From Cyanophora paradoxa CCMP329 (taxonomy: Eukaryota; Plantae; Glaucophyta), in NCBI GenBank assembly GCA_004431415.1, contig QPMI01000295.1, positions 5,239 through 69,238 on the forward strand: a stretch of 64,000 nt of DNA. The letters run 5' to 3'. The notes under the pieces were generated by a model. That model saw only the letters and a list, made by a program, of their open reading frames with translations. It ran no database searches and was not told the origin of the DNA. Below are positions 35,108 to 46,128 of this stretch, in pieces (positions within the stretch are counted from its first letter, which is position 1; each line of letters starts with the position of its first letter). Both the position numbers and the translations under genes were made by a program.

Positions 35108-36142
35108 GCGTCTCGAGGGCGGAGGCGGCGGCGGCGGCGGCGGCGGCTGACGCGGCCTCGCGCGCCGCCTTGAGCTCGCTCGCGTCCCGCGCGAGCAGCG
35201 CCCGGTCGCGCCTGCGGGCGGCGTCAGCGGGGGCGGCGGGGGCTCGCGGGGGCGCCCGCGCGCACTCTACGCGCTCCCGGAGGGCCGCCAGCGCGCCCCG
35301 CTCCGCCTCCACCCCGGCCCCCTCGCCGGCCCCGGCCCCGCCCCCGCCCCGCCCTTCCCCGGGGGTACAGCCCCGCCAGCACGCCCAGGAGCGCCACCTG
35401 AGGGGCGCGGCCGGCCGGCCGGTCGGCGTGCGCAGGGGGCGCGACGGGCGCTGCGGGCGGGCGGGCGCACGGCGAGACAGCACTGCGTGCAGACGAGGGC
35501 AACGAGGACCTGGTAAGACCCGCCCTCCAGCTCCCGCCTCTGCACGCGCCGCCGCCGCCGCCTCAGCCCCGCCTCAGCGCCCGGGCCCCGGGCGCCGCAC
35601 CTCGGCCGGCGTGAGCAGCGGGGCGAGGCTGACGTCGGGGGAGGGGCTCCCGCCGGGCTCGCCGGCGCCGCGCGCGTTCCGGACGCTGGCGAACTGGATG
35701 GCCGCGCCCACGTGGCTCACCGCCAGCGCGCAGGCCACCATGCCCAGCGCCAGACTCTGCACACACGCCAGCGCTCAGCGAGCGCCCCTAGGCTGCGGGA
35801 CCTGGGTAGCCGATCGGACCGTTTCGCGGCGTCGGACATTGTCCTTGAAGAAGGATAACTCGACCAGAGCGTGTATCGCTGCGCCTGCAGGTGAGCGACC
35901 GGCACAACGCGCGGTTCGGCCCCGGACAAGCCAGGGCAAGGCCAGCCGAAGACAAAGCGGAATCGCTAACCAAACACGCCGCAAAGGGGCGCCGAGACGA
36001 AAACGAGGCTCAGGCCGGGAAGATGACCGGCGAACGCAACGTAGTCGAACTTGGAGCCGTACACGCCGACGAGCGCTGCCGATATCCCTAACAGAGACAG
36101 TGCCAGCAGAAGCTGGCCGATGCGGGCCGCGGTCGCTGGCAT
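31207..36142 (-). CDS. Hypothetical protein: N-terminal hydrophobic segments, coiled coil and long Pro/Ala/Glu-rich low-complexity region; 3' end uncertain
   Basis: ATG at 36142 MPATAARIGQLLLALSLLGISAALVGV; further hydrophobic exons (SLALGMVACALAV, VLVALVCTQCCLA|VALLGVLAG) and coiled-coil exons bounded by GY-AG introns; no recognisable family. Confidence 0.4.
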
Positions 36143-36686
36143 AGCTACGCGGCCGCCTTCGCGCTGGCGGTCCCGACGAGCTGGCCTAGCTAGCCACAGA
36201 GATTGAAAGCGCTCGAAAGAGCGCTGGACCGAGTTGTGGGCCAACCGTGGTACGGTGGCAGTTACGAGGGAGTACAGCTGACTTCGTTCGCAACTAAAAA
36301 ATGATCCGCCGCATCGGCCGCATCGCGCGCGTGGCCGCCAGCTCGGCGATCAGCGCGGCCTCTGTTCAGAGCCGCCAGCTGATCCGAGCCGCGAGCGCCG
36401 CATCCTCCCTGTCGTCACCCTTCGCCCGGCGCAGTGCGTCCGCCGCGATCCCACTCGCCAGCCCGCCTGACGCCCTCCAGCGTACCGCGCGGGCAGCGAG
36501 GGGTCCGCGTCCGGCTCTGCCGGGGCGGCAGCGGGCGCGAGCTCCGAGTGGATTCTCTTCGCGGTCGCCGGAGCTGGCTTCGTTGCAGTAGGTCCGCCAC
36601 AAATTCTACTTTCAATGCAATCTCTGCACCCAGCAAAGCCCTGTGAGAGCCAGGCAGGCTGAACGCGGATCCCGCCCTTCGCAGTC

Positions 36687-39159
36687 ATGACGGCCGGCGA
36701 TCCGCACAAGGCCTACGCGGAGAAGCTGGCAGAGAAGCAGGCGGGAGGGAAGGCGGTGCAGGCGGGCAGCTCGGACGGCTCGCCGGCGCCGATCTACCGC
36801 ATCGTGCTCACGGGCGGGCCCTGCGCGGGGAAGACCACGGTCCGCAAAGCGCTCGCGAGCCCGCGCGCCGTGCCCACGGGGCACTGATAGTACGCCTCGT
36901 TCCAGGCTCTCGCGATGGTCCACGGTACGCGCCCCGCGGTGCCGGCCTCGTGAGCGGGGCGGCGGGAGGCGCTGAGGCGGGGTGCGGGGCTGGGGGCGGG
37001 GCGGGGCAGACAAGCTGGCGGACGCCGGCTTCAAGGTCTTCATGGTGCCGGAGGCGGCCACGCTGATGCTCATGGGCGGCGCCCTCGAGAACAGCCACTT
37101 CAGCATGGAGCACATCGTCCGCTTCCAGGCGCCCGCGCCCGGCGTCCCGCCCCTCGCGCGCGCTGACGGCGTCGGGCGGGGGCCGCAGAGCAACATCGTG
37201 AAGGTGCAGATGGCGATCGAGGACGCGTTCACGGACCTCGCGCGCGGCTGCGGCGCCCCCGCCGTCGTCGTCTGCGACCGCGGTGCCCCCGCCCCGCTCC
37301 TCTGCGCCCCCGCCCCTCACCGCCCCGCCCCCTCACCCGCCCGCAGGCGTGATGGACGGGGCAGCATACATGTGAGACGCCCCCTCCTCCGCCCCCTTCC
37401 CCTCATCTGTGGGGTGCGCAGGCCGCCGGAGATGTGGGACGCCCTCCTCGACGAGAACGGCTGGAACGTCGTGCGCTGCACCCCCCCTTCCCCCTTCCCC
37501 GCCCCTCTCCGCCTCATCGCGCTCAGGTGAGCCTGCGGGACCGGCGCTACGAGGGGGTCATCCACATGGTCACGGCCGCCATCGGTGCGCCGTGGGGCCG
37601 GCGCGCCGCGGGGGCCCCGCGGGAGGCGGCGGGGCGACGGCGGTGCGCAGGGGCCTCGAATCACTACTCCAAGGAGACGAATGCCGCGCGCATGGAGGGC
37701 GCCGACGAGGGTCCGCCCCCGCGGCCCGCGCGAGGGGGAAGGGGCGAGCGGGGGCGGGGGGGCAGCGCGGAAGCTGGACCTGCGGCTGCGGGAGGCGTGG
37801 ACGGGCCACCCGCGGCTGCGGATCGTGGACAACAGCACCTCCTTCCAGGAGAAGTGCACCCGCGTGGCGCGCCCCCGCGCCCCGCCCCGCCCGCCCCCCG
37901 CCCCCCGCCCCCCTGCTCCCCCCCCGCTGAAGCTGCCTGGCGCAGGTCTCGGCGGTGCTGGCGATGTGCGGCCTGCCCATGCCCACGGCCCTCACCCGCA
38001 AGTTCCTCGTCCTCCCCCTCGACTCCTCCCAGGCCCGCCCCGCCCCCCGCCGGCCCCCGCCCCGCCTCACCGTCGCGGTAGGTGGCGGCGCTGACGGGGG
38101 GCGGGCGGGTGGAGGAGTTCGACATCGAGGACCGCTACCTCAAGACCACCGACGGCTCCGAGTCCAAGGCCCGCACCCGCCCCCGCCCCCCCGCCCCGCC
38201 CCGAGCGAGCCGCGCCCCCCTCTGAAGGCCCCCCAGCTCCGCCGCCGCGGCCAGAGCGGCAGCTGGGTCTACATGCACACCGTGCGCCCCCGCGCCCCCG
38301 CCTCGCCCCTCGCCGCCGGCCGCGGCCGCCTCACGCGCCTCCCCCGCAGGTGCTCACGCGGGCGCCCGACGGGCAGCTCGTCGAGTCCAAGCGCCAGATC
38401 TCGTCCGCCCGCCCCCCGCCCCGCCCCCTCCACCATCGAGAGAACCTGCATAGGACGCCACAGGCGAATGGGAGGGGGCCCACAGGGGAATCGTTCTCTG
38501 AACGCTAGTGCCGGCGCGACGGCTGCGAGGGGGCCAGGCGGGGGCTCTGCTGAGGCGGGCGCGCAGCGGGCGCGAGTACATGAACCTGCTCTCCATGGCC
38601 GACCCCACCCGCCCCGTCGTCAAGCGCCGCCGCGTACCCCGCCCCGCCCCCGGCCCCCGCCCCCTCCCGCCCCGCCTCACCCACGCGCAGGCGTGCTTCT
38701 TGTACCAAGACCACCCGTTCCTCCTCGTGCGTGCTCTTCCCGTGCTAGCGCACCGCGGGGCTGACTCGAGGGGCAGGACCACTTCGTGGACCCGCCGGCC
38801 GGTGCGGGGGCCTCTCGGGGGCAGGGGGGCGGGGGCGGGGCGGGGCGAGCGGGGGCGGGGCGGGCAGTGCTCGGCGTGCTGCGCGTCGACTGCGAGACGG
38901 GGGAGAAGGACGTGAGGATGCCCGCCCGCATCCAGGCACGCGCCCCCCTCCGCCCGCCCCCCTGCCCGCCCGACCCCCGCGCCCAGGTCGTCAAGGAGGT
39001 CACAGGCAAGGACACGTACGCGGCGGAGCAGGTACCCCCCTCGGGCTCCCCCGCTCGGGAGCCTCGCCGCCCGGGGCTTTAATCTCCCTCCGGTACCCCG
39101 CGCGCGCCCCCTGACGTGGAGCCGCTCGCCGCGCTCAGGTCGGCACGCTTCTGAAGTGA
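36687..39159 (+). CDS. Ttd14-like (TRPL translocation defect 14) protein: AAA_28-type P-loop NTPase plus CYTH-like domain
   Basis: RIVLTGGPCAGKTT, VPEAAT, VVCDRG|VMDGAAYM, LRDRRYEGVIHMVTAA, AWTGHP..IVDNSTSF, RKFLV, LRRRGQ, KRQIS, CFLY, VKEVTG. Confidence 0.85.
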
Positions 39160-40054
39160 GCTGCCGAGCCGCACCGGGTATAGGGCTGTCGGGCCGAGCC
39201 GCACCGGGTTGCTTCCCGCCCGCCATCATGGCATTGTAGTGTATTCCAACACGGTTTCGTCACGAGTCGTGTGGGATTCATGATTCAAGTCAACTATCGA
39301 TTCTATCGTCTTCCGAAAAGTTCTAGCAAGCCTGAAGCTCTAGCATGCGTTCTGGAACTTGGAATGCGAGCATCAAGTATCGGTCAGACACTCGTCTACT
39401 AGGCTAAGTAGCCTCGTAGCTGGGGACCGTCGGACGATGCGAGATTCCAGTCCGTTCTGGGTTCCGAAGTTCATGACAACGAACTCTCTAATCCGAGGCT
39501 CGATAGATGCTGAGATCTCGAAAGGGCCCGACGGTCCCGAAATTCAATGCAATGATTCGAAAGCAAAATGTCACCAGCTCGAAAGAAGGCCTCCTTACCC
39601 TACTAGGCTAATCATGAATTCATACGCATGCATGAACACGAATGATGCACTATGCTGTAGAAGAATTATGACCATATCAACAGAAACTACATGGATTAAC
39701 ATATCGATATCTGTAAATTACTGGCATGTAGAATTCTAACACAAGAGGCAAAAACTGATATGAAGGCAAATGCAAAAGGAAGCCTACGTAAACAAAACTG
39801 TACTCTAAGCAAAAGTCAAGTACTGATTGTGAGTCGCACGCATCAAACGTATCGATCACGCATGCGTGAAGAGGGACGTCTGCAGCAGCAGAGCTTGAAG
39901 GCCTCGGGAGGAAGGTGGCGCGGGTCGGGTGGCGTGGCTAGCAAGTCAAGGCCTGCAGCAGCCCTCGGCGATGAGACCTGGGGCCCGCCGCGTCAGGCGC
40001 CGCCCTCCCGGTGCCAGCGCCGCCCCCGGCCGGGCGGCGGGCGGTTTCGAATTC

Positions 40055-42143
40055 TTAAAGATTTAAAGCACTCCTGGCGACGGGAGTTGACGAGGGGGGC
40101 CCCGGGCGCCGGGCGGCGGGGCGGGGTGCCTCGGGGGCGGGAGGGGGCGGACCCTGGCGGATGCCGACGCAGCGGAGGAGGGCGGGGCGGAGGTGCGGCT
40201 CGCGGGCCCCCGCCTCGAAGACGTCCCCCACCGCCGCCACCGACCCCAGCGGCACCAGCACCCTGCCCCCGCCCCCGCCCCCGTCGGCCCCGGCGCAGCC
40301 GCTGTGCGGGGGCGGCGGGGCGGACGGCTCGGGGGCGGGGCGGCGGGGTCGACGGGGAGGACGAGGGCCCCCGGGCCGCGCTCCGTGCAGGGCGCGTGCA
40401 GGAAGAGGCCCACCTGCGCGCCCGCCGCCCCGCTCAGCCCCGCCGCCGCCCGGCCCGAGCGAGCGGCTCGCTGGCGCGCACCCCCTTGGAGGGCCCCGCG
40501 CCGCCCCCCAGGGCGCCGCGGGGGAGATGAGGACGACGGAGCAGAAGGCGGGGCCGGCCTCCGCGCCCCCGGCCGGCGGCGGCAGCGAGAGCCACGTGAC
40601 GCCCTCCTTCGGGGCCGGCGGGCGCGCGGCAGCGACGGGCGTCTCGCCTGCGCGCGGGACGCCGCGTGAGGCGGGGGGGGGGGGGCAGGGCGCGGGCTGG
40701 CCCGGGGGCGGGGCCGGGGCACCGCGGGGGCTCGCGCCGGGCTCGTCGTTGGAGGGGCGGCGGGAGAGGGAGGCGGGCCCCAGACGCCGGCGTGCGCCGC
40801 GCGGGCGCCCTCAGAGGAGAGCGGGCCCGGCGCCGGCGGCGAGGGCGGGCCCGGCAGGCGGATGGGGGCAGGCACGAGCCCGCCCCTCCCGCTCCCCGCT
40901 GGGCTCCCGCTTGACGAGCGGGCCCGGGGCGGGGGCGGCAGGATGGCGGGCGAGGCCGAGGCTCCCTCGCCCGGCGGGAGCATGGGGCGCTGCTGCGGGG
41001 TCTGCGCCTGCGCGTGCGGCCGGCGTCGGCGGGGCCGCGCGGTGCGGGCGGGGGGCGCGGGGGACCTGCGCGAGCAGCTGGAGGGCGCTGACGGCCGCCT
41101 CGCGAGAGCCCTCCTGGCCGCCCCCCGCCGCCCCCGCACCGCCCTCGCCAGCCCCGCCCACCGGCTGCCGCGGGGTCAGCCTGGGCCAGCGGGGCGCGTG
41201 CAGCGGGAGCGGGCACGTTCAAGAGCTTGACGGCGGCGGCGAGGGTGGCGGCGTTGAGTCCGGCCTGCGCGGCGAGCAGGCGCGCCCGCAGCTCCTCGTT
41301 CTCCTCCCGCAGCGCCTGCGCCCGCCGCGCCGCCCCCTCCGCCTCGTGCTTCAGCCGCTCCGCCGCCTCCGTCAGCAGGCTCAGGTGCTCCACCGTCCGC
41401 GCCAGGATCGTCTCCTGCTCCTCCGCTCAGCGCCGGCGGCCTCGAGCGGGGCGGGGCGCGAGGGGCGCCACCTTGTTGGGGGCGCCCCCCGAGGCGCGCA
41501 GGGCGGGGACGAGGGCCTTGAGCTCGCAGAGGCGCGTGTTCATCTTGTCCCGCCGCCTCTTCTCCCTGCGCGCCGCCCCGCCTCAGAGGGGGCGGCAGGG
41601 GGCGCGCGGGCGCGCGGGGGCCCCACTTGTCGTTGTGCTCCTCCCTGCGGCGCTTGCGGGAGGAGGACTCGTCCTCGGAGCCCTGGAGGGACTGCGTCCC
41701 GCTCGAGCCCGGGCCCCCGTGCGAGTCGGCCCCCGAGCGCGGCGACTGCAGCTGGCCCCCGGCGGCCGCGGCGAGGGGCCCCAGCACGTGCGCGAGGTGC
41801 ACGTGGCTCGAGTGCGATCCGGAGGAGGGGGACGGGAGGGGGGGCGACCCCGCCGGGCAGGCCTCCGGCGCGTGGGACGACCCCGACAAAATGAACGAGC
41901 TGCGGTTGCATCAGAGCGAGAATTCGAACCCGAAAGAATTCGCGGGCTGTCGGCGCATGCGTACAGGTCGTGCCGGGAGGAGGACGGGTCGGGCGGCTGC
42001 GGCGGGGTTTCGTGGAGAGGGCCGCTGGCTGAGCGGCGCCGCCCGAGCCGTTTGCCGCGCAACTCCTCAGCCGACTCCAGCGGGAGGTCGGCCAGCGGGC
42101 CGAGGGACGCCAGTGGGAAGCGCTGCTCCTTCATCTTGTCCAT
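40055..42143 (-). CDS. bHLH-leucine-zipper transcription factor
   Basis: Spliced RKRRREEHNDK|EKRRRDKMNTRLCELKALVP...PNK|ETILARTVEHLSLL followed by a heptad zipper (ALREENEELRARL). Gene ends approximate. Confidence 0.82.
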
Positions 42144-43131
42144 TAACGCGCCTGGCGAGCACAGGGCAAATCCAGTTAGAAAGGTGCAGGAAAAAGAGAG
42201 CGAGCTCCGAGAGAGAAATTGGGAGGAGCGTGCACGTTTTTTGCTGGCGCCGTCAATGTCAACTATCGGAAACGCCTGTTACGCCGGGAGCCAGGAATGC
42301 GCGCGCGTGTGCCCACGGCAAGAACACTTCCAGCACGGCAATTGCAGCAAAAAGAGCTGCTTTGCGTGCTTTAATTCGCGCAGTCGATGGCGGGTCGTGC
42401 GTCGCGGCGGCGAGCTGCCCAACTCGCGCCTTCGGTCGGACAAAGAACGCTCCCGCTAATCCGCTCGGGGCCGGGGCTTTTGCTAATCTCGGACTCCGGG
42501 AGTCTGTGCGTAGTGTGCGTTATTCGGAAACGACGAGCTGGCCAGCGGAGCGTGGCGCGGAAGCCTCTCTGTGCGGAGAACGAGTCCAAGCTACCAGCAT
42601 GCTGAGTAGGCTGAGAAGAGCGTCCGCAGCATGTGCCGCGCGTGTTGCTGAGCTGCAGGTCGCCGCGTTCGCCGGCCACTGTACACTATGCAGTAACTGA
42701 GTACTACGGCATGCCTTACTAGGCTACTATGCCGCCGTTTGCGTCAACGCATTGCCACTGCAATTTGCCAGTTGTTCGGAGACGACGAGCTGCTGCATGC
42801 GCAGCCGGACTCCGGGAGCCGCTGCTGGAGCGTGCACCGGCGCTGCACTGGCGCATGGCGCGCAAGCGGCGCAACTTAAAGCTTAGCAAGCTTTCAAGTT
42901 TGAAGGTCCGCGGCGCGGTCCGACGCCGGGACTCCGGGACCGACGGTCACCGTGGGTCACGCCGTCACTGAGTCACGCTCATGACAGTGATCACGTGCAC
43001 GCCGTCACGGCCGCGGGCCGCGGGCTCCGGGGATCCCGCGCGGCGGCGCGGCCCGGCCGCGGCGGCCGCGGCCGGGCGGCGGGGCCCGGCCCCGCCGGGC
43101 CGGCCCGGGGGCCGGGGCCGCGGGCCGCGGC

Positions 43132-43737
43132 TAGGGTTGCCGTTTTAGCTCAAGTTTTAGCAAATCCACTAAAACTAAAAGCCCTTGAAGTACGCTCAAT
43201 TAAACTTGAGCGTTTTAGCCTAAAACTTGAATCCATACAAAGAGCGCCCATCCGGATCCAACTTGAGAGCTCGAGAGGGGCGCTGCCTGCGAGTCTTCGA
43301 ACCTAGCTATGTCTCAGCTACGTATATATGCCTTTCCTACCGGGTTTTCGCTCTAGACACACGATTTTCGGATAATTATAATTATATAAAGAAGTGCGGT
43401 CCTAATATAAGCCCCTGAGGGGGGGTATATATACGTAGGCCTTCCAAGGGCACCCTGGCCTCAGAAAAGCTTAAGGTGCTTTACTGGTAGGTTTTCAATG
43501 CAGAAGGGCTTTATATCCGATGGAAGTACGATTAACATCCCGAATGGGGCGGTTCTGCGCCCAGAATAGGGCAATTCTGCCACCGGAAGTTCCGGAACCC
43601 CCCTCGATCGAGCCGCCGGCCGCGGCGCCGTCACGGCGTTTTCAAGTTTAGCTCAAGTCACTTGAAACTATGGAAACTTCCTATCAGTTTCCGTTTCCAT
43701 GGGGGCGTAGGAAACTTCCTAGGAAGCGGCAACCCTA
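43132..43737. mobile_element. MITE with hAT-like 11-bp TIRs (TAGGGTTGCCG), no clean TSD
   Basis: tagggttgccg ... cggcaacccta; AT-rich interior with repeated aaacttga/ttttagc subterminal motifs. Confidence 0.65.
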
Positions 43738-43809
43738 CTCCGAGGCTCCCGAGTCCGCGGCGTCCGCCGCGCGCCGATCGCGAGTCCGCGCCGACGCGAC
43801 TCCCAGAGT

Positions 43810-45043
43810 ACTACTGTAGAACGGGTAATATTTAGTATACTGGATCTTTTTAGTACCAAAGTTTTGAGGGCTGAGTACTAAATATTTACCGTATATTAAA
43901 CCTGAACCGCGTGGGGGGGGGTACATAGCACTGTCGCGTCGGCGCAGCCGGCGCCGTACGTAGTTGCAGCGCGGGAGATCTAGAAGCATGCCGCCGAAGG
44001 GAGTGCAGAAGCGTGCGGCGTCGCCGCTGAGTTCGAGCGACGAGCGTCCATATGCATCCAGCCGCCCGGCCACGCCTAGGCCTTCACAGCGGAACGGCGT
44101 TGTATGGCGCCCTATACGCTGACGAAAAAAAGTCTTCTATGTAAATCGTTAACTTAAATCGCGTGTTCGCGTTACTGCAGAACTGGGCGAACTCGACTTG
44201 AACAATTACGTACCCCCCTTTTGGACTTTGTCGCGGCGTCGCGCGGCGCAACGAGCTCGCTCAAAATGCACCAACCAGCGCCACCATGCACACAGATTGA
44301 AGATCAATCATGGAACGCATCATAGACGCGCTGGCCGGCGATTCCGTCTGTCCGTTTTCGATTCGCTCTGTGGCGAAGTTCGAACGCTTTTTTTGCCAAC
44401 GGCTTCCGACTTCACCCCCCACTTAATTTTTCAAGTTGAATATGTTTCGAATATATATTAAGCTCTAATAGACTTGACTTGAAAAATTAAACTTGAGCGT
44501 ATAGGGCGCCATACAACACCGTTCCGCTGTGCTTGGCCTGATGCGCATGCGTCCGCCAACGACCGTCGGACCCCGCGCACGGCGCTGCGCGGCCTGCCCG
44601 ACCCCGCTGCGCCCCCGCCCACCCCCGCCCGCCGGCGCCCCCGCCCGCCTGCGCGCCCGCCCCCGCCCGCCCCCGCCCCGGCCCCGCCCCGCCCCCGCCC
44701 CGCCCGCCCCGCCCCCCCTCCCCCGTGGTATCCCCTCCGAGGCTCTGGAACGAGGACCGTCGGACGAGATCTAGATCGATATCTAGATCTGAGCTGCAGC
44801 TAGCGCTAGTGCTAGCGCTAGCTATAGTGCTAGTGCTGTTTCTTGAAGTGCATACGAGCTGTGCGAAGTGCGGGGGGCCGGGGCGCACCAGCAGACCCCC
44901 CCCGCGCGCGCCGCGCCCACCCCCTACTAAAGCTCCCTACTAAAGCGCTCCGCGGCCAAGTCTTAAATATTTTCAGGCTACTGGGGTCTAATACTAAATA
45001 CTAAATATTTTGGGGTCTTAAATATTACCCGTTCTTCAGTAGT
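43810..45043. mobile_element. Non-autonomous TIR element (about 25-bp TIRs), superfamily uncertain
   Basis: actactgtagaacgggtaatattta versus taaatattacccgttcttcagtagt (1 mismatch); subterminal actaaatattt repeats at both ends. Confidence 0.75.
44085..44531. mobile_element. CACTA/CMC-like MITE nested in the previous element
   Basis: 36-bp TIR cacagcggaacgg(c/t)gttgtatggcgccctatacgct; 3-bp TSD CTT at 44082-44084 and 44532-44534. Confidence 0.85.
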
Positions 45044-45142
45044 CCGCGCCGAGCCTCGGAGTCCGCGGCCGGGCCCGGCCGCAGGGACTCCGGGATCCGG
45101 CCCCATCTCCGGGTCCGGGACTCTGGACCGGGAGTCCCGGAG

Positions 45143-45612
45143 TAGGGCTGGGTTCAGTCACTGTCAGTCAAAGTCAGAGGGTCTGACTGACCCGACTGAG
45201 TCACCAAATTGGCCGACTGAGGTTCTCTCAGTCCCATACAAAATACTGTTGGGAGCGTGCCCCCCTGTGGGCTTTTTCCATCTGAAGCTCGACGTAGATC
45301 GACCTAAAAAGGATCTTCTGTCGTCTTACCTCCAGAAAAACAACGAAATCTGAACGAAACCGCCCGCGCTAACGAGGCTAACGGGGGCCGAATTCCTTTC
45401 ACCAGTGTTCTTAAGCTTTGCTCGCATAATCACTCCCTACTGCCCGCGCACTGTGCTTGGCAACTTAGATGGATCGCATCTGGGTCATTTCCGGGTCATT
45501 TTCCTCAGTTTTTGCACGGTAGCCTGACTGAACCTCGGGTTGACTGATTCAGTCACAGTCAGGGGGGCTGAGCGACTGGGTCAGGGGTGGACCCTGACTG
45601 AACCCAGCACTA
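45143..45612. mobile_element. hAT-type MITE
   Basis: 18-bp TIR tag(g/t)gctgggttcagtca; perfect 8-bp TSD tcccggag at 45135-45142 and 45613-45620; subterminal tgactga repeats. Confidence 0.88.
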
Positions 45613-46128
45613 TCCCGGAGTCCGGCACTGTCCGGGAGTCCGACGGTCGCGCGCGCGCCGCGCGCGGAATCTGATCGATATCATGAGCCTACTACCCGGT
45701 GACCGTACCAGGCCTAGCCTGCGGCCGGCGGCGGGCCTGCGCAATGCGCATGCCTAGGCCGGGCTAGTAAGGTGCTAATTATAACAGGCTATAGCTAGTA
45801 TAGCTAGTGACTGGCACACTGACTGCCACAATCCGATGATCTGCCAGGCCCCGTCGCCGCCGGGCCGTGACGTCGGCCCACCGCGCCGCCCACGTGCGCA
45901 CTGCGCAGCGCTAGCTATAGGTATAGCCGCCGGCGCCGGCGCGCCACATGCAGGCTCCACATATGCATGTACAGCAGCAGATCTTGATTGCGCGTGTACA
46001 TGCCATGCCCGGCATGCCACGATGGTGCCGGCGCCTCGGTGAGCGCGCGTTGCGCATGCAGGCTTGAGGACCCGCGGGCCGCCGCCGCGGCCTCCACACG
46101 TGACATCTCGAGTCTCGGTGGGCGGGTG

